Assembly: GCA_047150005.1 (NCBI GenBank)
Contig: AP038806.1
Location: 1,920,001 to 1,984,000, forward strand
Reading direction: 5' to 3'
Length of the DNA: 64,000 nt
DNA from: Nitrospira sp.
GTDB taxonomy: Bacteria > Nitrospirota > Nitrospiria > Nitrospirales > Nitrospiraceae
The translations under genes and the position numbers were made by a program. How positions within the stretch are numbered: the stretch's first letter is position 1; every line of letters begins with the position of its first letter. Of the stretch, positions 57,657 to 64,000 are shown piece after piece. The notes below the pieces were generated by a model. That model saw only the letters and a list, made by a program, of their open reading frames with translations, had not been told where the DNA came from and searched no databases.

Positions 57657-58392
57657 GATGGGTGTGCTCCTTCTCGAATTCCACGCTCGAAGAGGAAACT
57701 CCGACGTCCCAGGTCAGCTTAAAAATATCGGCGAACTGTTCCGCCACCTGCTGTGCAACCGGACGGACAGGCACTGAAGAACCGCGTAGCGCGGCCATAG
57801 AAGTCGGTCTGTACTGGTCCAGACCGCAGGGAATGATGTGTGAAAAAGGCGTCATGTCGAGGTCAACATTCAGGGCAAACCCGTGCAATGTCACCCCATG
57901 CTCCACCCGAACACCGATGGAGGCGAGCTTTGCCGTTCGTCCTTCCACATCGACGAAAAGCCCTGGCGCCTTGGTGAGGCGACGAGCCTCTATTCCCCAA
58001 TGTGCCAGGGTACAGCGCAGGGTTTCTTCCAACAGCCATACGTATTGTTTTGGGCCTGATGCGCTGTGCGACAAGCGGACGACGGGATAGCCGACCAGCT
58101 GTCCGGGACCGTGATAGGTCACGGATCCGCCGCGATTCGTGACGACGACTTGCGCGCCCGTGGCCTGGAGGACCGATTCTCCTTGTGGAAGATGAGTCGG
58201 AAGAGTACGCCGTCCGAGCGTGTAGACTGCGCGATGCTCCAACAATAGTAACGTATCGGATCTTCGGTCGGCCACGCGCTCGGCGTGCAGTCGCTGCTGA
58301 AGGAGCCATGCGTCGGCATAATCGAGAGGGGCTGCCATCATGAGAAGGCTCCCTCGTCGTGTATCGTCTCGACGCGACGACACTTCGTTCAC
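57649..58392 (-). CDS. lipB: Octanoyltransferase
   Basis: LLEHRAVYTLG, RGGSVTYHGPGQLVGYP, HGFALN, IIPCG. Confidence 0.95.
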   Translation of the reverse strand: MNEVSSRRDDTRRGSLLMMAAPLDYADAWLLQQRLHAERVADRRSDTLLLLEHRAVYTLGRRTLPTHLPQGESVLQATGAQVVVTNRGGSVTYHGPGQLVGYPVVRLSHSASGPKQYVWLLEETLRCTLAHWGIEARRLTKAPGLFVDVEGRTAKLASIGVRVEHGVTLHGFALNVDLDMTPFSHIIPCGLDQYRPTSMAALRGSSVPVRPVAQQVAEQFADIFKLTWDVGVSSSSVEFEKEHTHHA

Positions 58393-59453
58393 GGTGTGGA
58401 CCTGATTGCCGCCGGCGGCTTGGGAAGCTGCAGCGTTGCGGGGCCGCTCTTCCCATGCAACGTCAACTGGACGGACGGCTGATCGCCGGAACGGAGCAAG
58501 GCGTGCCAGAAGTCTCCGGTGTTGAAGATCTGGCGCTGATCGACGGCGGTAATGATATCGTGGTCTTGGAGTCCTCCGGCACCGGCAGGCTTGGTGCCGT
58601 CCACTTCAAGCGCGAGTACGCCACGATCTCCGTCCAAGCCGAACGTCGCCGTAATGCTGGGTGTCACGGTCACAGGGACGAACCCCAGATCGGGCCGGTA
58701 AATCGAGCCTCGCACAATCATGGACTGGATGTGAGGATAGATCGCGTCCATTGAAATGGCGTAGCTGATGGCCTGCGCCGAGGGCGCGATCGCGACATTG
58801 ACTCCGATCACCCGGCCGGACAGATCGACGAGCGGACCGCCGCTGTTGCCGGGATTAATCGCTGCATCGGTTTGGATGAGGTCATAGAGGGTTTCCCCAT
58901 CGGGCGTCAGCACGGATCGATCCAGGGCGCTGACCACACCGACGGTGACGGTAGAGCCTCCCTTCAGAGGATTGCCGATCGCCACGACCGACTCACCGAT
59001 TTCCAGGGTGGGCGAAGGGCTCAGGGCCGCCGGAACCAGATCCTGAGCATTGATTTTGACGAGCGCAAGGTCGAGTAGGAAATCGCGAGCCACCACCCTT
59101 CCCGGCGTAAGCCGACCGGTTGAAAGCCCGACAACGACGCTCTTTGCGCCGGTCACCAGATGATTGTTGGTCAGTATATAGCCGCCTTCGTCGATGATCA
59201 CGCCCGAGCCTGAGCCTGATTGCGGTTGAGTTGGAGAGGCGGCGGGAGCCCCGCGGGTCAAGATTGTGACGACCGACGGCCTGACCTTGGCCACGACGGC
59301 CGGGACTGAAAGCGTCTTGCCCGATGCCGCGACGGGAGTCGATCCCGGTTCGCCGAACGACGGCGGGCTCGATATGAGCTGTGCGGTGCCGATCAAGCAG
59401 AGGAAAATGTACGGTCGGGAGGACTCATGGAAGTGGATCATGACTCGCATCAT
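58389..59453 (-). CDS. HtrA-family serine protease with PDZ domain
   Basis: ILTNNH, DLA, QTDAAINPGNSGGPL. Confidence 0.92.
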   Translation of the reverse strand: MMRVMIHFHESSRPYIFLCLIGTAQLISSPPSFGEPGSTPVAASGKTLSVPAVVAKVRPSVVTILTRGAPAASPTQPQSGSGSGVIIDEGGYILTNNHLVTGAKSVVVGLSTGRLTPGRVVARDFLLDLALVKINAQDLVPAALSPSPTLEIGESVVAIGNPLKGGSTVTVGVVSALDRSVLTPDGETLYDLIQTDAAINPGNSGGPLVDLSGRVIGVNVAIAPSAQAISYAISMDAIYPHIQSMIVRGSIYRPDLGFVPVTVTPSITATFGLDGDRGVLALEVDGTKPAGAGGLQDHDIITAVDQRQIFNTGDFWHALLRSGDQPSVQLTLHGKSGPATLQLPKPPAAIRSTP

Positions 59454-59504
59454 CTCCGCGGCTCATTCTGGCATAATTCTTCTCATGAGTGAAAGCAGCA
59501 GACG

Positions 59505-59542
59505 GAAGAAAGGGGGCGGGAATGGCTTCCCGTCCCCTTTCC
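59505..59542 (-). terminator. Intrinsic terminator after the sigma factor gene
   Basis: Minus strand AAAGGGGACGGGAA-GCCA-TTCCCGCCCCCTTTCTTC. Confidence 0.65.
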
Positions 59543-59570
59543 ATGGGTCTTCGAACCGACGTGAGGCGCG

Positions 59571-60824
59571 TTATTGGATGGACGCGAACATCTCCTTAAT
59601 GGCCGGAGTCTTCAACTTCTTGAGCGCTTTGGCTTCAATCTGTCTGATCCGCTCTCTGGTGACCGAAAGATTTTGCCCAACCTGCTCAAGCGTTGATGGT
59701 TGGTCGTATCCGATGCCGAAACGCAGCCGGATGACCGTCTGTTCTCTCGGTGTCAGCGTGCTGAGAATCCGGTCGAGTTGATTCGTCATTTCAGTCCGGT
59801 GGACATGCGCATCGGGCGGTACCGCCTGCAAATCCGGCAGCAACTCACCCAACTCGGTTGTTCCATCCCCGACCGGATGTTCAAGGGCGATAGGTTCCTG
59901 AAACGCCTGAAGGGTTTCATGAAGCCGCTCCGGTCGCATTCTGAGCACTTGCGCGATCTCTTCCAGCTTGGCCGGACGGCCCAGCTGTTGGCCGAGACGT
60001 CTCGTGACCCGCATAATGCGGTGTGAAGCTTCGGTTTGGTGCACCGGAATCCGGATCGTACGAGACTGGTCGGCCAGTGCGCGCGTGATCCCTTGCCGGA
60101 TCCACCACGTGGCATAGGTGCTGAACTTGAATCCCTTTCGATATTGATACCGCTCCGCGGCCTTCATCAGGCCGATGTTGCCTTCCTGAACAAGGTCGAG
60201 CAAGGTCAACCCTCTCCGCGTGTAGTGTTTGGCGACATCAACGACCAGACGGAGGTTGCATCGCACCAATTCATCCTTGGCCACTTCCAGTACGCTTCTG
60301 GCTTCGTGGATCGTCCCAAGAGATTGGTTGAGTTGCCGCACGATTGCGGCAGGAAGCTTAGTCTGTCCGGAAGCATTCTTGATCAATGCCACCAAGCAGA
60401 GTTCCGCCTTGTCCAATGCCGTGGCCGACAGGCCGCTCAAACGACGCACCATTTGCAACGTCCGGCACGCCTCCATCACTGCTTCCGAACGCCTTGCACG
60501 CGAGAGGATCTTGACGATCGAACGGAGTACGATTCGAATAGACGCGGTTCCTTGATCGATGCGCTTGGCTAAGGCGGTTTCCTCTTCCCTCGTCAGCAAT
60601 GCCCGCTCGCCGAAGGATTGAAAGTACAATGATTCCAGCATGAAGGGACCATCAGTCACCTGCCGTCTCGCCGGTGGGGCTACGTCACGGGACGACCGCT
60701 CGCTGGCGGAATCACGGCCGATCATATCGAGGAGATCACTGGCTTCCGGATTGTCTGCGTCGGTATCCTTCTCGATCGGTGCGCTTTTTTCGGCTTCTTC
60801 AACGGGGAACAATTTATCCTTCAT
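59571..60824 (-). CDS. RpoD/SigA-family sigma-70 factor (alternative, no clear region 1.1)
   Basis: NLRLVV, DLVQEGNIGLMKA, FSTYATWWIRQ, TIRIPVH, VTRERIRQIE. Confidence 0.92.
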   Translation of the reverse strand: MKDKLFPVEEAEKSAPIEKDTDADNPEASDLLDMIGRDSASERSSRDVAPPARRQVTDGPFMLESLYFQSFGERALLTREEETALAKRIDQGTASIRIVLRSIVKILSRARRSEAVMEACRTLQMVRRLSGLSATALDKAELCLVALIKNASGQTKLPAAIVRQLNQSLGTIHEARSVLEVAKDELVRCNLRLVVDVAKHYTRRGLTLLDLVQEGNIGLMKAAERYQYRKGFKFSTYATWWIRQGITRALADQSRTIRIPVHQTEASHRIMRVTRRLGQQLGRPAKLEEIAQVLRMRPERLHETLQAFQEPIALEHPVGDGTTELGELLPDLQAVPPDAHVHRTEMTNQLDRILSTLTPREQTVIRLRFGIGYDQPSTLEQVGQNLSVTRERIRQIEAKALKKLKTPAIKEMFASIQ

Positions 60825-61212
60825 ATTGCCCTCCCTCACCTCCGAACCTCTGCACGCTGTGATTCACCGCGGGGATCCATAAGCCCAATTAAGTAAGAGC
60901 CTCGTTCCGTCAAAACGATTCGCCGAGTGCGGTGTACAACTGGTCTCAGCATAACTACGGAGCAAATCCTATGCTGGATTGATCATGAGAAATTCGTTGG
61001 GCGATCATGCTGAAAAGGCGAGTTTATTAGAGTCGCTTAATGAAAAAATCCTCGCTGGCCTGAGGCGATCCTGTAGGAATTCATCGAGTGTCAACGACAC
61101 GTTGGTGGCGCATTCGCCACACCAGCGTGCAGCAGCATGGGATACCGGGCGATACCGAGTCGGATAAACGGTGCTGGCACAGGTTTTCGTCATGCTGCTA
61201 GAATGGCCCCCC

Positions 61213-62079
61213 ATGATCACGCTGCGTCACGGCGAACGTATTCATCTCGTGGATAAAAAGGGGCGCCATTATGCCTTGACGCTGAAGGCAGGAGAGACGT
61301 ATCAGTTCAGCGGACAGACCATTCCCCACGACGAATTGATCGGCAAGGCGGACGGGACATTGGTCACGCTTTCCGGCGGTAAGCCGATGTTGGCCCTCCG
61401 TCCGACGTTCGGCGAATATGTGTTGAAGATGCCTCGCGGTGCGCAGGTCCTCTACCCGAAGGACCTCGCGCTCATCACCATGTGGGCGGACATTTATCCC
61501 GGAGCCAGAGTGTTTGAGGCGGGAACAGGTTCGGGTGCCCTGACCATGGCGCTCTTGCGCGCCGTGGGACACCGAGGGCTCGTCGTGACGTATGAGGCGC
61601 GGGAGGATTTTGCTCGGACTGCCATGATGAATGTTGAACGATACATGGGCACCGTGCCGAATCTTGTTCCGCTCCGCCGAAACGCCTATGAAGGGATTGA
61701 TTTACCGGAAGACCGGTTGCCGTTCGATCGCGTCGTGCTCGATTTGCCGGAACCCTGGCACGTCGTGAACCATGCGGCAGCCGTACTTCGCTCAGGGGGA
61801 ATTTTCCTCAGCTTTGTCCCAACCGTACCTCAGGTCCAACAGACCGTCGAGGCATTGGAGCGGGCTGCGGTCTTCGGCATGCCTGAGACCTTCGAGACGC
61901 TGCTCAGAACATGGTCAATTCAAGGCCGCAGTGTACGACCGGACCATCGCATGGTTGCGCACTCCGGCTTCCTCACCGTGGCCAGGAAAGTCGAGCCCGG
62001 ATTCTGGGGAGGGTCCGCGATCCCCCGGCACGAGACCGGCGACGGGGGAGAACATGCCGATCACGAGGAAGCCACATGA
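61213..62079 (+). CDS. trmI: tRNA (adenine-58-N1)-methyltransferase
   Basis: MPRGAQVLYPKD, EAGTGSGAL, LDLPEPW, VRPDHRMVAHSGFL. Confidence 0.92.
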   Translation: MITLRHGERIHLVDKKGRHYALTLKAGETYQFSGQTIPHDELIGKADGTLVTLSGGKPMLALRPTFGEYVLKMPRGAQVLYPKDLALITMWADIYPGARVFEAGTGSGALTMALLRAVGHRGLVVTYEAREDFARTAMMNVERYMGTVPNLVPLRRNAYEGIDLPEDRLPFDRVVLDLPEPWHVVNHAAAVLRSGGIFLSFVPTVPQVQQTVEALERAAVFGMPETFETLLRTWSIQGRSVRPDHRMVAHSGFLTVARKVEPGFWGGSAIPRHETGDGGEHADHEEAT

Positions 62080-62831
62080 ATCGAATGCTGGGTAAGGTGG
62101 CAGTTATCACGGGGGGCAACGCTGGAATCGGAGAAGCGGTAGCCAAACGAGCAGCCGACGAAGGCGGTCTCGTCGTCATAACAGGCCGTCGTCAGGTCGA
62201 GTTGGAAAGAGTGGTTCACGACATCGAGGCGAAAGGGGGACGGGCTCTGGCCGTAGCGGGATCCGTCACCGACGAGGGACATGCCCGAGACACCGTCGCC
62301 AAGACATTGAAGACCTTCGGTCGGATCGACGCGCTGGTCAACAATGCGGGAGTCGGTGATTTTGGGAAACGCCTTCATGAGATGGATGATGCGACGTGGG
62401 CCCATGTCATCGATGTGAATGTGACCGGCGTCTTGCGCATGACGCGAGCGGTCGTACCACAGATGTTACAACAAGGCCGCGGATCGATCGTGAATATCTC
62501 TTCTATCGCGAGCGTGGTAGGGATTCCGGTGTTGCCGGCCTATGCCGCATCCAAAGGCGCCATTGATGCGTTGACTCGCGCCATCGCCATCGACTACGCA
62601 CAGGACGGCATTCGGTGCAACGTCGTCAACCCGGGCCTGATCGATACTCCGATGGCTGCCCCGCTCATGTCCAATCCGGAGCAGCTTGCCCCGATCCTTT
62701 CCCATTATCTGCTCAAGCGGCCTGGAAAGCCCGAAGAAGTTGCGTCGATGGTCGTCTATCTTCTATCCGATGAAGCCGCCTGGGTGACCGGGGGCACGTA
62801 TATGATTGATGGCGGGATGACCGCCTGGTAG
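62076..62831 (+). CDS. SDR-family oxidoreductase
   Basis: TGGNAGIG, NNAG, YAASK, DGG. Confidence 0.92.
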   Translation: MNRMLGKVAVITGGNAGIGEAVAKRAADEGGLVVITGRRQVELERVVHDIEAKGGRALAVAGSVTDEGHARDTVAKTLKTFGRIDALVNNAGVGDFGKRLHEMDDATWAHVIDVNVTGVLRMTRAVVPQMLQQGRGSIVNISSIASVVGIPVLPAYAASKGAIDALTRAIAIDYAQDGIRCNVVNPGLIDTPMAAPLMSNPEQLAPILSHYLLKRPGKPEEVASMVVYLLSDEAAWVTGGTYMIDGGMTAW

Positions 62832-62839
62832 GAGGAAGC

Positions 62840-63142
62840 ATGCGAATCCTGAACGTAATGCTGATCTGTTTCCTCGTCGGCAGCGTGGTATCGCCCATGG
62901 CCTTGGCCGAGAGCGGGACGGAATTCCCTGGTACGGTGCTGACGGTGGACCCATCCACAGGAAAATTTGCCGTGAAGAAGGACAGCGGAGGAACCAGATT
63001 CACATTCACGGCGAACGAAAAGACCAAGTATCAGGGCGGACTCACGGGCCTGAAAGACCTCAAGAAGGACGACAAGATCACCGTCGTCTACGAGGTCCAT
63101 GGCCCTCAGTATCTTGCCCTTCGAATCACCAGGCAGCCGTAG
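62840..63142 (+). CDS. Small secreted OB-fold-like protein
   Basis: AGGAGG RBS, signal peptide, LKDLKKDDKITVVY. Confidence 0.7.
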   Translation: MRILNVMLICFLVGSVVSPMALAESGTEFPGTVLTVDPSTGKFAVKKDSGGTRFTFTANEKTKYQGGLTGLKDLKKDDKITVVYEVHGPQYLALRITRQP

Positions 63143-63170
63143 TACCAAGAAGAAGGCGCAAGCGCATATC

Positions 63171-64000
63171 GTGAACATCGATACCCATACTCAATTCTGT
63201 GGGGTCATTGGCAACCCAGTCGAACACTCCTTGTCGCCTGCTATTCATAATGCGGCCTTTCAACGGCTCGAGCTGAATTTCGTGTATCTCGCTTGGCGGG
63301 TCGAAACGATCGGGGATGCGATCCGAGGGCTTCGTGCGCTGGGCAATTTCCGCGGGGCCAGTGTAACGATTCCCCACAAAGTGGGAGCCATGCCGTTTCT
63401 CGATCACATCGAGCCGGTCGCTGGCCATATCGGCGCCGTGAATACCATCGTTGCGGACAAGGGCGCGCTTGCCGGCTACAACACGGACGCCACAGGCGCC
63501 TTGCGTGCGCTTCGGGAAGGGGGAGCTCCGCTGAAGAATGAATCCGTGGTCGTGCTCGGTTCAGGAGGTGCGGCGCGCGCGATCGCCTTTGCACTGGCCG
63601 GACAGGCCGGAGTCAGCCGGATTCATCTCTTGGGGATCGAAGAGCAAGAACGGGTCGTGCTGGCTCGGGAGTTGCGCGATAAAACGGCAGCGGACGTGTC
63701 AGACGCGGTTCTTGAGGATGCCGTGCTGAGGCGAGTGCTACCTGAGGCACGCGTGCTGATCCATTGTACACCGGTAGGGATGACGCCGAAGATCGGATCA
63801 AGCTGTGTGCCGTCCGGCCTGTTACACCGCGACCTTACTGTGATGGACATTGTCTACAACCCTCGAAACACTCAACTGCTGAAGGACGCTGCGGCCTCCG
63901 GCTGCCGCACGATCGCCGGGCTGGAGATGTTTCTGTACCAGGCCGCCGCGCAATTCGAGCTGTGGACCGGGCGACCGGCTCCGATCGACGTCATGCGCGG
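63171..64000 (+). CDS. aroE: Shikimate dehydrogenase, runs off the window edge
   Basis: Manual translation: IGNPVEHSLSPAIHN, SVTIPHK, GAVNT, GYNTD, LGSGGAARA, DIVYNP, GLEMFLYQA. Confidence 0.95.
   Translation, partial: MNIDTHTQFCGVIGNPVEHSLSPAIHNAAFQRLELNFVYLAWRVETIGDAIRGLRALGNFRGASVTIPHKVGAMPFLDHIEPVAGHIGAVNTIVADKGALAGYNTDATGALRALREGGAPLKNESVVVLGSGGAARAIAFALAGQAGVSRIHLLGIEEQERVVLARELRDKTAADVSDAVLEDAVLRRVLPEARVLIHCTPVGMTPKIGSSCVPSGLLHRDLTVMDIVYNPRNTQLLKDAAASGCRTIAGLEMFLYQAAAQFELWTGRPAPIDVMR

Noticed and set aside
60961..60978. Sigma-54 promoter upstream of the sigma-70 gene (minus strand CCAGCATAGGATTTGCT)
   Set aside because: It lacks the invariant GG at -24.

Overview
This is a GC-rich bacterial chromosome segment, most likely Nitrospira/Nitrospirota (inferred from a Nitrospira-type chlorite dismutase and the overall gene set). 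Most of it is housekeeping: a metal ABC transporter, anmK, fmt-rsmB-rpe-pheST, thrS-infC-rpmI-rplT, an Rrf2-led sulfate assimilation operon, yebC-ruvA-ruvB, pheA-hisC-aroF-tyrA-aroA-cmk-plsC-rpsA-sppA-ihfB, gdh, lipB, an HtrA protease, a sigma-70 factor, trmI and aroE. The standout is a ~7.2 kb element (8674-15954) integrated in the initiator tRNA-fMet gene. It has a tyrosine integrase, two HTH/excisionase genes, a Rep_trans rolling-circle initiator with a candidate nick hairpin and matching arm-type repeats at both ends. Its cargo is an ECF sigma factor, a zinc anti-sigma factor, a chlorite dismutase and an AraC/ABM pair, with an identical candidate ECF promoter motif occurring twice. Other notable items are an archaeal-type PheRS lying inverted next to rplT, a sulfite reductase-HEPN-TusA fusion with a TrpD2-like gene in the cys operon, PCP_red-repeat proteins (one next to Mrp/ApbC), and an unannotated truncated-haemoglobin remnant. 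All calls come from motif reading by eye; no database searches were run.
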